Part shown: in pieces, positions 7,976 through 18,083 of the stretch
Layout of the letters: each line of letters begins with the position of its first letter
How positions within the stretch are numbered: position 1 is the stretch's first letter
From: an uncultured bacterium
Lineage (GTDB): Bacteria > Planctomycetota > Planctomycetia > Gemmatales > Gemmataceae
Direction: 5' to 3'
DNA length: 55,694 nt
Assembly (NCBI GenBank): GCA_963923445.1
Contig: CAWUNZ010000001.1
Coordinates: 1-55,694, forward strand
Notes under the pieces: generated by a model
The model's input: the letters and a program-made list of their open reading frames with translations, nothing else
The model's database searches: none
What the model was told of the DNA's origin: nothing
Program-made: the position numbers and the translations under genes

Positions 7976-10900
7976 TCAATCCAGGTGGAGCGCGGCGTTG
8001 GAAACCAAAAGCGTTCGGGCCAATGCCTCCAAGGCCTGCTGTTCAGTGATACCGGTGGCGGCGGCACGGTAGCGGGCCAGGAAAGCCAACGCCTCCGCCG
8101 TTTCATCATCGGAAGGTTCGCGACCCTGCGTGATGGCCACCCCGAGGCGGTGGCGGGCGCGGTCGTCCCGTGAACCATCCGCCAACCGCTTGGCCAAACC
8201 CCTGGCCTGCTCGTGCGTGAACGGACTGTTCATCAGGAACAGCGCCTGACCGGGAGTGATGGTTGGCACGCGCGCGCCGGTCGCAAGGTTGGGATCCGCC
8301 GCGTCAAACAGGGCCAGGTACGGATGGCGCCGGTTCCTCTGGCTCATGAGGTAAACCGACCGGTGGCTGGAATCGTAATCAGCATAAAACGGATTGTGGA
8401 TCGTGTAAGACCACTTTTCCACCGGCGGGAACGGGTGCCCCTTGGGCACCTCGAGATTGAGGTTGCCTCCCGCGGCAAGCATCGCGTCGCGAAGCGACTC
8501 GGCATCCAGGGCCTGGCGTTCCCGGTGCCAGAACAACCGGTTCAACGGGTCGACCCGCGCGCTTTCCGGCACCTCCGCGGTGGCGACCTGATAGGCGGCG
8601 GAATTCATGATGACCCGGTGCAGCGCCTTGACCGACCAACCCGATTCCGTCAGGGTGGCCGCAAGCCAATCGAGCAACTCGGGGTGGCTCGGCCGCTCGC
8701 CCCGCAGCCCAAAATCATCGGGGGTGGTGACCAGTCCCCTGCCGAAGTGCCACTGCCAGACACGATTGGCGAACACGCGCGCGGTGAGGGGGTTGCCCCG
8801 GTCGGTGATCCAGTGAGCCAACTCAAGGCGCCCGCTGCCGGCATGGTTCGGAGGCAGGGCCTGCCCGCCGAGAATCCCGAGAAAACGGCGAGGAACCTCG
8901 GGACCGGTTTTGTCCGGTTCCCCGCGCTTCTGGATGGCCGCGTTCACCGGCTTTCCTTCCGCCACCGCGTAGGCCACCGGATAGGCGGGGACGGGAGCCG
9001 GGCGGGACATCCGTTCCTTGATCTTCCCGATCTCCACCCCGATGGCCGCCAATTCCCCTGCCGCGGCGGCTGAAGGCTTCCGGGCCTCGGCGACATGGGC
9101 GCCCGGCGCGGGCAACCGGTTCTCCGCGACGCCGAAATTGTCGAGGTCGTGGGTGGGACAAGGCCCCGCGACATGGCCGAGGCCGTCGCAGATCATCGTG
9201 TCCAGCACGCCATCCCACCCGGGATGCAATTTGAGACCGGAAAATTCAGCCAAAAGGCCCTTCTCCGTGGCCAAGCTACCGTCGCATGTCCGCTTGTCCG
9301 GATCGATGGTCAACCGGATCGTGAACCAGGTTCCAACGGGAGGCGCCTTGCCCACCACCTTCCAGCCCGCGCCATCACGGACGGCGACCTCACCGGCGCT
9401 CACGCTGATGTCGGTGGCGGTCGAGGCGATCACCCCGCGGCCGAAATACAGGCGGAACGACCCGCCTGCTGGGGCCACAAGGCGAATGTCGCAGGTGATG
9501 TCGATGGGTGTCCCCTTGGCGGCGCGCACCGGTTCGGGGAATACAAATCGGATTCCATCGTTGGGCTTGCCGGCGGCCATGCGAACTCCACGGGTGCCGG
9601 CGGGGTGAATGTGCCTGAACGGGCTTTGGGCCTCGGCAAGGATGGAATTGGGCCCCATCGACAGCCAGGGGGCGCCAGGAGGCTTGGCCAGCGCCTGGGC
9701 TTCAAAATCGAGGTCTTCCCCGCCGAGCCAGGGCTTGCCGGAAAGGGCCGCCCGCCGGGCGACGAGTTTCCGCAGGCTTGCGGCGTCCGCTGCCGCCGCC
9801 GACTGCGTTTCCAGCCGAAACCGCTCCACCTCGGCGGGAGGAACCAAAGGCACCATGTTCGCCGGCTTTTTGTGTTCCTCCCCGCCGGGGAACGCCCAAA
9901 CCGTGCTTTGCAGCATTCCATAGAGGCCGTAATAGTCGTCCATGCCGACCGGCTCGTACTTGTGGTCGTGGCAGCGCGCGCACCCGAGCGAAAGGCCCAT
10001 CAGGCCGCGACCGACCGAGTCGATGACATCGGCGAAATCGAGGTGCTGGAAAGAGGGACCCGGGTTGTAGCCATACCGCTTGCCGATGGCCAAGTAACCC
10101 GTGGCCGTGACGGCGTCGGCGTAGGCCTCGGGTTTCCCACGCCCGGCAATGATGTCGCCGGCGATCTGCTCCCGGACAAACCGGTCGAATGGCATATCGG
10201 TGTTGAACGCGTTGATGACCCAGTTCCGGTACCGCCAAGCCTCGGGGAGCGGATAGTCGGATCCGTCCCCCGCCGTGTCGGCATATCGGGCGACATCCAG
10301 CCAGTGCCGACCCCAGCGTTCCCCGTACCGGGGTGAGGCCAAAAGGCGATCCACGACCTTGGCGAAGGCGCCGGGAGAATCGTCCTTCAGGAACGCGTCG
10401 ATTTCCTCCGGGGTGGGTGGCAAACCCGTGAGGTCGAAGGTGGCCCTGCGGATCAGGGTCCGCTTGTCGGCCATGGGCGCCGGCTTGGCTCCCGCCGCTT
10501 CCATCCGGGCCAGGAGAAACGAATCGATGGGTCCCCGGGGCCAGGCGCGGTCGCCGGTGGTCGGCGCGGCGGCCTTCACCACGGGCTTGAAGGACCAATG
10601 CTCCCGGTCGGCGGGCATGATGGCGGCGGTCCTCGCGGAACCGGTGCCGGTGCTTTCAGCGGGCCAAGGTGCCCCCGCCTCCACCCATTTCCTCAAGGAG
10701 GCGATGGCCCCGGCGGGCAATTTTCCCGAGGGAGGCATCTTGGTTTCGCCCGTGTGGTTCACGGCGGCCAGAAGGGTGCCCGATGAAGGATTGCCAGGAA
10801 CGATCGCCGCACCCGAGGCGCCCCCCTTGAGCAGCGCCTGACGGGAATCCAGTCGCAGGTCGCCTTCCTGCTTGCGGGCCCCATGGCATTTCTGGCAGGA

Positions 10901-11011
10901 AGCCACCAGCAAGGGGCGGATTTCCTTCTCAAACAGGCTGTCCCCCTCCGCGGCAAACACCACGGGCGGGATCATCAACCAGGCAACCAAGCCAAACGGA
11001 ACGCGAGGCAT
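7976..11011 (-). CDS. PSCyt1 (cytochrome c) / DUF1549 / DUF1553 protein
   Basis: Signal peptide MPRVPFGLVAWLMIPPVVFA, heme motif CQKCHG, a DUF1549-like PIDSFLLARM...LTGLPPTPEE, and a DUF1553-like CARCHDHKYEP. Start set at ATG 11011, not track start 11158. Confidence 0.9.
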   Translation of the reverse strand: MPRVPFGLVAWLMIPPVVFAAEGDSLFEKEIRPLLVASCQKCHGARKQEGDLRLDSRQALLKGGASGAAIVPGNPSSGTLLAAVNHTGETKMPPSGKLPAGAIASLRKWVEAGAPWPAESTGTGSARTAAIMPADREHWSFKPVVKAAAPTTGDRAWPRGPIDSFLLARMEAAGAKPAPMADKRTLIRRATFDLTGLPPTPEEIDAFLKDDSPGAFAKVVDRLLASPRYGERWGRHWLDVARYADTAGDGSDYPLPEAWRYRNWVINAFNTDMPFDRFVREQIAGDIIAGRGKPEAYADAVTATGYLAIGKRYGYNPGPSFQHLDFADVIDSVGRGLMGLSLGCARCHDHKYEPVGMDDYYGLYGMLQSTVWAFPGGEEHKKPANMVPLVPPAEVERFRLETQSAAAADAASLRKLVARRAALSGKPWLGGEDLDFEAQALAKPPGAPWLSMGPNSILAEAQSPFRHIHPAGTRGVRMAAGKPNDGIRFVFPEPVRAAKGTPIDITCDIRLVAPAGGSFRLYFGRGVIASTATDISVSAGEVAVRDGAGWKVVGKAPPVGTWFTIRLTIDPDKRTCDGSLATEKGLLAEFSGLKLHPGWDGVLDTMICDGLGHVAGPCPTHDLDNFGVAENRLPAPGAHVAEARKPSAAAAGELAAIGVEIGKIKERMSRPAPVPAYPVAYAVAEGKPVNAAIQKRGEPDKTGPEVPRRFLGILGGQALPPNHAGSGRLELAHWITDRGNPLTARVFANRVWQWHFGRGLVTTPDDFGLRGERPSHPELLDWLAATLTESGWSVKALHRVIMNSAAYQVATAEVPESARVDPLNRLFWHRERQALDAESLRDAMLAAGGNLNLEVPKGHPFPPVEKWSYTIHNPFYADYDSSHRSVYLMSQRNRRHPYLALFDAADPNLATGARVPTITPGQALFLMNSPFTHEQARGLAKRLADGSRDDRARHRLGVAITQGREPSDDETAEALAFLARYRAAATGITEQQALEALARTLLVSNAALHLD

Positions 11012-11278
11012 GTCTGAAAAACTCCCGCGCGGTGTCGGGAAGATCTTAATGGGTAGGAATCCGATCCTACCATGATGTCGCTCCTCGGGGAAACCAACGG
11101 GTTCTTGCCGGGGATTTCCCCACAAAGCCGCCTCACACCTGAAGAAATCGTCATCCATGGACCAATCAGGTCGGCACCTGTGGGACTTGTAATTCTTGGA
11201 GATAGGATTGGGACTTCAGAAAAGGTTAGATAAATGGTGTATTTACCTCCCCAACCCCTCCTCCATGCGGGGCACCCG

Positions 11279-11902
11279 ATGACACGCCAAACCCCCATTC
11301 AAGTTTGCTTGTTGGCAGGCGTGCTGATTTGGACTGGAGCCATGGGCCAGCCAGGCGAGGCCTTTGGCGCCGACCCCAAAACCCCGGGCACGGGCACCTC
11401 TTGGGGCGACTACATGACCGTGGGCAAGGTGATCGCGGAGGTTCGCTCCTCCGACGGCGACAGCCTGAAAATGCGGGTTTATTGGAACATCGTCACCCAA
11501 GGCAAAACCGGGACTTCAAGCCGGGGAAGACGCCCTTCCCTCGGTGGGCATCATGGCCACACCGCCCAAAACCCGCTGACCATCGCCCGCGCCGCCGCCA
11601 GCGCCGCCAAGTCGGTGAAAGTGAAGACTGAACACCACGACTACGATGTCGGCTTCTTTCCCGACACAATGGTCAAAGGCGCTCCCATGGCCCCGGCTGG
11701 CGCGACCACGCAGGCCGGAGACCTCTCCCCGGGAACGGTGATCGAGGCTTGGGTCATCCGTAACAAATCGATCCCTGCCCGCGAGGCGCGGGAGTCGGAC
11801 CTCAAGCTCAAGGCCGTCGCCGTGCTGGGTTTCAACCCGAACTACAAAGCGGACAAGGATGATCAGAAGTCCAAGGCGCCGGCTGCTGGCACAGCCAAGT
11901 GA
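11279..11902 (+). CDS. hypothetical secreted protein
   Basis: MTRQTPIQVCLLAGVLIWTGAMG is signal-like. There is no recognisable domain and the tail is Lys-rich. ATG at 11279. Confidence 0.55.
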   Translation: MTRQTPIQVCLLAGVLIWTGAMGQPGEAFGADPKTPGTGTSWGDYMTVGKVIAEVRSSDGDSLKMRVYWNIVTQGKTGTSSRGRRPSLGGHHGHTAQNPLTIARAAASAAKSVKVKTEHHDYDVGFFPDTMVKGAPMAPAGATTQAGDLSPGTVIEAWVIRNKSIPAREARESDLKLKAVAVLGFNPNYKADKDDQKSKAPAAGTAK

Positions 11903-11948
11903 GTCTTGTTTTAAGTGCTTTGTCTGGCACGGTTGATGGAAAGAAAAG

Positions 11949-12021
11949 TAGCGGTGACAGGACTTGAACCTGTGACCTTGGCCTTATGAAGACCCTGCTC
12001 TAACCGCTGAGCTACACCGCC
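11949..12021 (-). tRNA. tRNA with anticodon CAU (Met, or Ile2 if lysidine-modified)
   Basis: The reverse complement GGCGGTG TA GCTC AGCGGTTA GAGC A GGGTC TTCATAA GGCCA AGGTC ACAGG TTCAAGT CCTGT CACCGCT A folds as a 73-nt cloverleaf by hand. It has a 7-bp acceptor stem (G1:U72 wobble), a 4-bp D stem, a TTCAAGT T-loop and a T-T-CAT-A-A anticodon loop. No CCA is encoded. Confidence 0.85.
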
Positions 12022-12068
12022 TTTGAACCCGATTGTAACGCCCGCTCGTTTAACCGGCAACCCGGCAC

Positions 12069-14132
12069 CTAAGGGGTCAATTCCACCCAGGCGGCGAACC
12101 TGCCGAGCGGCAGCGGCGCATGGATCCGCACCGGATGCATGGGAACTAGCTCAAACTCGGAGGTGCCTTGAGGGAACTCCGCGGGGATCTTCACCTCAAG
12201 CCTCGAACCGTTGAAGGAAAGCGATTCCTCCAGCTTGCCATTCAACCCGGTCAACCGGATTCCACCCGGCGGTCCGTAACCCCTCTCCGCCACGATGTTG
12301 ATCACGGCGCCGCGAGGCGGGCCAAGATTGTCCACCTGTATGCGCACCCTTTCCCGGCATCGGGCCGTCACCCGGCTTGGATTGCCCGGTGCCTCCATTG
12401 GAAATCCCTCGGCCAGCCTGGCCAGAAGCGGTGCCTGCGGCGCGGTTTCACCCGCCACCGGGCGGATGGGAAACCACAGCCGGTTTCCTCCCGGGCCTTC
12501 CAGCGGCGCTCCCAGCAAGGCTTCGAATTCCCGCCGGGTTTCCACCGGGTTCGGCATTCCGCGCAAGTCGATCCACAACCCCTTCCAACCATCCTCGGCC
12601 AGCAACGCCACCAACTTGCGGGGTGGCAGCGATGCCGCCCAACGGCACCAAACCTCCGCCGGGCGGTTGGTCATGCCACCGAAGCTGAAACGACCATCAC
12701 GCACATGCAGCACGGCGGCGAGGTGATCGTAGGAGCCCATCGAGCCTGGGGCGATCGCCTCGGGATATCCCAAATGGGGCAATTGAAAATGGCGGGCGTC
12801 CGCGCCGGCGCGGTGATTGATCTCGGCGCCAAAGGCGCGAAGGCCCTCCCAATCGCGCGACCGGGTCGAAGGGTCGGCGGCTTCCGGCTTGCAGCGCTGG
12901 TCAGCCAGGCCCAAGGCCACCATGAACAACGCCATGGCGACCTTGACTCCGCTGCGGCCCACCATGCCCGAATCCAAGGCGAAACCGGAAATCGCGAGTC
13001 CCAAAAAAGCGATGGGGAGACCGGCGCGGCCAAGCGCCCGCACCCCCGGAAGCACATAGGCCACCAACGCCCCCAGGCCGCCCGGCACCGCCAAGGCCAG
13101 CAGCATCAGGACAAGGAAACCGGCCGACTCGATCAGACCTCCCCTCCGGCCGGTGATGACAGCCATCAGCCCCAACACGGCCCCTGCCGAGGCGCAAGCG
13201 CCCATGTAGTAGGTTTCCGCCTCATGAAGGGGACGATGCGGACCGTTGAACTCGTGCCTGATGATCCCCAGGCCCGAGCCATGCCCTTCGAACGGCAGCA
13301 CAAGGTTGAGCGGCTTGAGCGCGTAAACTTCCGACTCAAGCGCCAGTCGGGCTCCCACCATCGGGTTGGGCCCGTCCTGCCGGAACATCGTGGGCAAGTA
13401 GCCCGAGGCGCAGCCAAGCCCCGCCGCCGCGGCGAGGGCGAGTCCTGTCAGCACGGGTGCCCACGATTTCCGGCAAACCCCGGAACGAATGGCGGCAGCC
13501 ATCACCAGAAAACTGGCAAACCAGGCGTAATAAAGCCCGGCCAGGCCACCGGCGAAGGCCACCACCGGGTCCCACCATCGCACCGGATTCGATTCCGCCG
13601 ACTTGGTATCCACCGACCTCGCCAAGCCAATGGCGGGAATCAGTTGCCAAGGAACCAGAAAATACCCAGCCAGAAACAAATGGTTCACCTGCCCCAAGTG
13701 ATAAGGCAGGCAGGCGAACAAGGTGGCCAGGGCGGCCGAAATCCAAGGGCCGATACCCAGCCAGCGAAAGGCCGCATGCGCCGAGAGGACAATGAGAGGA
13801 AAGTCGATCACCAGCGCCAGATTCATCACAACGGCCGGATCGGAGGCGAACCTGCAAAGAAACTGAAGGCCGGCCAAATGAAGATAGTCGGCGCGCGGAA
13901 AGTCCGAGAGGTCCTGAGTTCCGGGAAGGCCCAGGCGACGATCACCCATCCACCCTTCGCCCCGGGCCATGGAGTCGATCCACTGGAGCATCATCAGCGA
14001 ATCGCCATCGTGCCCAGCGGGAACCCGCAGGCCGGTGCGGTGCAAACCCAAGGCCATGACGGCATAGAGGGTGGCCACCGCCATGGCCAAAATGAGGGGG
14101 ATCAGCCGTACCATCCGTGGCAATTTCTGCAT
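12069..14132 (-). CDS. large polytopic membrane protein with C-terminal soluble domain (possible GT-C-like glycosyltransferase; function unknown)
   Basis: At least 10 hydrophobic segments in the first ~450 aa, then a ~230-aa hydrophilic C-terminus. The first loop contains DGDSLMMLQWIDS. Start set at ATG 14132 (MQKLPRMVRLIPLILAM); ATG 14114 is also possible. Confidence 0.75.
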   Translation of the reverse strand: MQKLPRMVRLIPLILAMAVATLYAVMALGLHRTGLRVPAGHDGDSLMMLQWIDSMARGEGWMGDRRLGLPGTQDLSDFPRADYLHLAGLQFLCRFASDPAVVMNLALVIDFPLIVLSAHAAFRWLGIGPWISAALATLFACLPYHLGQVNHLFLAGYFLVPWQLIPAIGLARSVDTKSAESNPVRWWDPVVAFAGGLAGLYYAWFASFLVMAAAIRSGVCRKSWAPVLTGLALAAAAGLGCASGYLPTMFRQDGPNPMVGARLALESEVYALKPLNLVLPFEGHGSGLGIIRHEFNGPHRPLHEAETYYMGACASAGAVLGLMAVITGRRGGLIESAGFLVLMLLALAVPGGLGALVAYVLPGVRALGRAGLPIAFLGLAISGFALDSGMVGRSGVKVAMALFMVALGLADQRCKPEAADPSTRSRDWEGLRAFGAEINHRAGADARHFQLPHLGYPEAIAPGSMGSYDHLAAVLHVRDGRFSFGGMTNRPAEVWCRWAASLPPRKLVALLAEDGWKGLWIDLRGMPNPVETRREFEALLGAPLEGPGGNRLWFPIRPVAGETAPQAPLLARLAEGFPMEAPGNPSRVTARCRERVRIQVDNLGPPRGAVINIVAERGYGPPGGIRLTGLNGKLEESLSFNGSRLEVKIPAEFPQGTSEFELVPMHPVRIHAPLPLGRFAAWVELTP

Positions 14133-14301
14133 GACGGGGCAAGATACGAAAACCTGAACGGCCCGGTCAACATCCACAATCTTCACGAATCGAGAGAGAT
14201 TTCCGGTTCCCGCTGATGTTGGGCCGGGCACGCTCCGATGAATGAGGAGATGGGACAGGATGTTCCGTCGGTGGTGTTGGTGCTGGCGTGGAGGAAATAC
14301 C

Positions 14302-15303
14302 GTGGCGGAACTCGCTGCGGAAGATCCGGTGGTTGAGACAGTTCAACTCACCAAGATCTACCAGAACCGCCATATCGCGCTGAACGATGTCTCGCTCCGG
14401 CTGGAGCGAGGCTGCGTGTTGGGCTTGCTTGGGGCCAACGGCGCCGGCAAGACCACCCTGCTGCGCCTCATCATTGGCTTGCACCGCCCCACCGCCGGCA
14501 CCGCCCGCGTTTTCGGCGAGGACATGACTCCCAACAGCGCCGAACTCAGGCGCCGCATCGGCTACATCCCCACGAACCCACGGTTCCCCAAGGGAATGAC
14601 GCCGATCACCTACCTCGACTACATGGCCAAGTTGTTCGGTCTTCCCCGAGATGTCCGCAAGCCGCGCATGGGCATGCTCCTGCGCGCCGTCGACTTGCTG
14701 GGGGCGGGTGGAACTCAGATCGACACCTTTTCCAACGGCATGACGGCGCGGTTGGCGGTGGCCACCAGCCTGATCAACGATCCCGACCTGCTGATTTGGG
14801 ACGAACCCACGCATGGACTCGATCCCGAGGCCCGTCGCAGCATGCTCGACCTCATCAAGGGGCTGAGCAAGGAAAAGACACTGATCGTCTCAAGCCACAA
14901 CCTGGGCGACATCGACGAGGTCTGCAACCATGCGGCCGTGCTGAGCCACGGACAACTGATCTACAGCGGTCCCCTGCACGATCTCAAGACGCGGATGCGC
15001 CGCAACCACTACGAGATCGATGTGGACGGCGACCAGAAAAGCGTCACAAGGGCCATGGCCACCATCAAGACGCTGGGCGATGTGCAGCATGTCTCGCTGG
15101 AGCACCGGCGACTCACCCTGCGATTGCAGGAGGACGCGGTGGCGGCGTCCTCCTTGGCACAGGTGTTCCAGACCCTCAGCGACGGCAAGCTGACGCTGGT
15201 CGGCATCCGCAGCGTGGGCCAGCAGACCGAAGAGGCTTACTTGGACCTCGTGGAGAAAGAGGAGCAGCGTGGCTTCACCCGCATCTATCGTCAAGCTGCC
15301 TAA
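14302..15303 (+). CDS. ABC transporter ATP-binding protein
   Basis: Walker A GANGAGKTT, signature FSNGMTARL, Walker B LLIWDEPTHGLD. Start re-called to in-frame GTG 14302, which is preceded by GGAGG (14290-14294) at 7-nt spacing. The track start at 14242 would add a W/C/R-rich leader. Confidence 0.9.
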   Translation: MAELAAEDPVVETVQLTKIYQNRHIALNDVSLRLERGCVLGLLGANGAGKTTLLRLIIGLHRPTAGTARVFGEDMTPNSAELRRRIGYIPTNPRFPKGMTPITYLDYMAKLFGLPRDVRKPRMGMLLRAVDLLGAGGTQIDTFSNGMTARLAVATSLINDPDLLIWDEPTHGLDPEARRSMLDLIKGLSKEKTLIVSSHNLGDIDEVCNHAAVLSHGQLIYSGPLHDLKTRMRRNHYEIDVDGDQKSVTRAMATIKTLGDVQHVSLEHRRLTLRLQEDAVAASSLAQVFQTLSDGKLTLVGIRSVGQQTEEAYLDLVEKEEQRGFTRIYRQAA

Positions 15304-15310
15304 CCGCGGC

Positions 15311-16084
15311 ATGGCGCCCGAACCTGAACCCGCGCAGGTTTCCTACCTGCCATGGCTGCCTTACTGGGCCGTCATGGAGGCTGATTTCATCCAGGTTTTC
15401 CGGTCGTGGGTCTATCGCTCGTGGGTGCTGGTCGTGGCGTTCACCGCCATCGGCCTGTTCGCCTACCGCTGGGGCCTCCACAACGAGGCGAAGATCATCC
15501 AGCCAGCCTCGCATGTCATCACCCACCTGATGCGGGGCATGCTGGTGGGAAGCGTCGCCCTGGTCGGCGTGATCGCCGCGGGCGCCATCGCCGCGGAAAG
15601 GGGTTCGCTGGCCGACAGCATCCTGTCGCGGGGAATCAGCCGATACCAGTACTACATGGGCAAGTGGCACGGCCGGCTGCTGGCCATCCTGCTCGGTCAT
15701 GCCCTGCTGGGAACCATCGCCGTCACCGGCGCCCGCTTCGTGCTGCACGAGGATGTCACGGTCGAGGGAGGCATCGCCGCGGTGGCCATGTCGGGCGCCA
15801 TGCTGGCGGTGGTGGTGAGCCTGGGCGTGATGATGAGCGCCCTGTTCGCGCGCCCCCTCGCCGCCGCGGCGGCTTTGTGGGTGCTGCTCTATGCCTCGGG
15901 CGTGGTTTTCGGGGCATTGCCCCACTCGGTGCCCACGCCGGAATGGGTTCTTCAAAAGCTCCCTTATGTGCTCAAGGGTGAATTCACCCGCGAAATGCTC
16001 ACGCAGGTGGCCATGTACGCCGGCGGAGCCTGCGTCGCCAGCGCGATCGTGGGCATGTTCCTGTTCTCGCGCAAGGATATCTAG
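15311..16084 (+). CDS. ABC-2-type transporter permease-like membrane protein
   Basis: About six hydrophobic helices. ATG 15311 lies 8 nt after the ATPase stop, so the two are probably co-transcribed. Confidence 0.75.
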   Translation: MAPEPEPAQVSYLPWLPYWAVMEADFIQVFRSWVYRSWVLVVAFTAIGLFAYRWGLHNEAKIIQPASHVITHLMRGMLVGSVALVGVIAAGAIAAERGSLADSILSRGISRYQYYMGKWHGRLLAILLGHALLGTIAVTGARFVLHEDVTVEGGIAAVAMSGAMLAVVVSLGVMMSALFARPLAAAAALWVLLYASGVVFGALPHSVPTPEWVLQKLPYVLKGEFTREMLTQVAMYAGGACVASAIVGMFLFSRKDI

Positions 16085-16101
16085 GTTTCTTCGACAACCG
16101 C

Positions 16102-17961
16102 CTAGAAAAGCCCTTCCAGAGGACCGCCGCGCGCGGCCATCGCCTCCACCCGCCTGGTCACTTCCGGATCCTCGATCAGCGGCGGGGCATGGTGAGGCTT
16201 GCGCCGCGCGTCTATCACCAGCGACCCGGCACATCCCCAGTGCTTGTCGGTCATTGTCTCACCGATGCCGTGCAGGTCGGCCGCAGGGTTCGAGCGGGTG
16301 AACGCCGCCCAGAGCCAGTTTTCGCGGCTTGCGGCGGCAAAGTCACTGTCGTCCACCAGCAACACCAGCGGAAACCGGTTGATGGCATGGTCAGGAGTCA
16401 GGGGGGTGGTGAATCGGCGCGCGTCTCCCATTCCTCCGGTTCCGGCTTTCTCCCATGCCGGGCCACGAACGGCCAGCACGCCCGGGGCGCACACGCGCGG
16501 AGCGTCCCAGCCTTGCGGCAGGCTCACGCTGGCGTCCATGCGGGTTGGCAGTTCCCGCCTGGGCGCGCCCGCGGCGGCCAATATCACCTTGGATCCGCTG
16601 TTGAGTCCGTCTCCGGAATAATCGAGCGTGTCGATCGTTGTCCGGGTGATGACATGGGCGTCACGCCGCCAATCAGCCCTGCTCAGCAAGTGCCGGAACA
16701 GGCCGTCGATGTCGTCGGCGTGCAGTGAGGGATCATCCTCCCCGGCGACAATGAGCAGGTATTTCGCCAGCGACAATTGCCCCTGCCCCAGAATGGCGAA
16801 TGCCTGCGTGAGCAGTTCCTGCGGTATTCGCTCCCCGGCATAGGGCACATAACGCTCGCTGCCCACCGCCAACAACAACGGGTGAACACCCGCGGCATCC
16901 ACCGCGTGCACCGACCGCACACCCGGCAACACCGCGGGCAACACGGGCGCCGCCAGTTCATGAATGAACGCGCCAAAGCTGGTGTCTTCCTGCGGAGGCC
17001 GGCCGACCACGGTGAACGGCCAAATGGCCCCCGGGCGGTGGGTCACCCGCTCGACCCGCATGACAGGAAAATCGTGCTTGAGGCTGTAGTATCCCAAATG
17101 GTCGCCAAACGGGCCTTCCGGCCGCGTCTCCTTGCCATGAACCGTTCCCACAATGCAAAAATCCGCCTCAGAAGGCACCAAAAGGCGCATTTTCTTGCCT
17201 TGGGAATCCCTGGGCTGGTGGTACCAGATGCCCCTCCCGCCAAGGGCCCCGGCGAACGCCACCTCGGGCACCCCCTCGGGAAGCGGCATCACCGCCGACA
17301 CCGTGAGCGCGGGCGGTCCACCCACCCAAATGGCCACGCGCAACGGTTCGCCACGCGACAGGGCCTCGGCATGGTGAACGCCAATGCCGCGGTGAATCTG
17401 GTAGTGCAGCCCCACTTCACGGTCTGGAACATGGTGCGAGCCGGCAAGCTGAACCCGGTACATCCCCAGATTCGACTTCATCCACCCGGGCCGGGACGGC
17501 GATTCGGTGTAAACAAGGGGTAGCGTGATGTATGGACCGCCGTCTTCCGGCCACGAGACCAGTCCGGGCAGTTCGCTCAGGGAAACCTCATGGCGGGTGG
17601 AGGGGCCTGACCAGCCGACTCGGGGCAAGGCATGAAACCCGGCCCATGGCACCCCGAGTGTGGACCATGGCCGCCGCCACGCCCACGCGGGGTCTCCCTT
17701 GAGGCGCATGATCTGTTCCATGCGTCCGAGGGTGTCGCGGAAAATCCAGCGGGTACGCTCGACGGTTCCGAACAGGTTGGAAAGCATCGGAAACCGGCCA
17801 CCCTTGGGCCGGGTGAACAGCAAGGCGGGACCACCCGCCCGGTAGACGCGCCGCTGGATTTCGGCCATTTCAAGCCGGGGATCAACCTCGGCATCGATCC
17901 GGCGCAGCATGCCGTGGCGTTCAAGGTCGCGAACGCAATCGGTCAGGTTTCGGTAGCCCAC
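16102..17961 (-). CDS. UbiD-family (prenylated-FMN dependent) decarboxylase, long menaquinone-type form
   Basis: N-terminus GYRNLTDCVRDLERHGMLRRIDAEVDPRLEMAEIQRRVY...GPALLF is typical of UbiD. 619 aa, GTG start. Confidence 0.88.
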   Translation of the reverse strand: MGYRNLTDCVRDLERHGMLRRIDAEVDPRLEMAEIQRRVYRAGGPALLFTRPKGGRFPMLSNLFGTVERTRWIFRDTLGRMEQIMRLKGDPAWAWRRPWSTLGVPWAGFHALPRVGWSGPSTRHEVSLSELPGLVSWPEDGGPYITLPLVYTESPSRPGWMKSNLGMYRVQLAGSHHVPDREVGLHYQIHRGIGVHHAEALSRGEPLRVAIWVGGPPALTVSAVMPLPEGVPEVAFAGALGGRGIWYHQPRDSQGKKMRLLVPSEADFCIVGTVHGKETRPEGPFGDHLGYYSLKHDFPVMRVERVTHRPGAIWPFTVVGRPPQEDTSFGAFIHELAAPVLPAVLPGVRSVHAVDAAGVHPLLLAVGSERYVPYAGERIPQELLTQAFAILGQGQLSLAKYLLIVAGEDDPSLHADDIDGLFRHLLSRADWRRDAHVITRTTIDTLDYSGDGLNSGSKVILAAAGAPRRELPTRMDASVSLPQGWDAPRVCAPGVLAVRGPAWEKAGTGGMGDARRFTTPLTPDHAINRFPLVLLVDDSDFAAASRENWLWAAFTRSNPAADLHGIGETMTDKHWGCAGSLVIDARRKPHHAPPLIEDPEVTRRVEAMAARGGPLEGLF

Positions 17962-18083
17962 GCGCGACGCCTCCGGAGGTCTATTTCATCCTAGCCGCGA
18001 AGGACAGGCCGGCCGTTGATCGGTTAAACCCATGCTCTTTTGACGAACCCTGCGCTAACACCTTTTATTGAAGTGATTGAGAA

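Noticed and set aside
11903-12068. The tRNA-CAU gene as a possible integration hotspot for a genomic island.
   Set aside because: There is no integrase, no direct repeat of the tRNA 3' end that I could see, and no compositional break. The flanking genes are ordinary chromosomal types.
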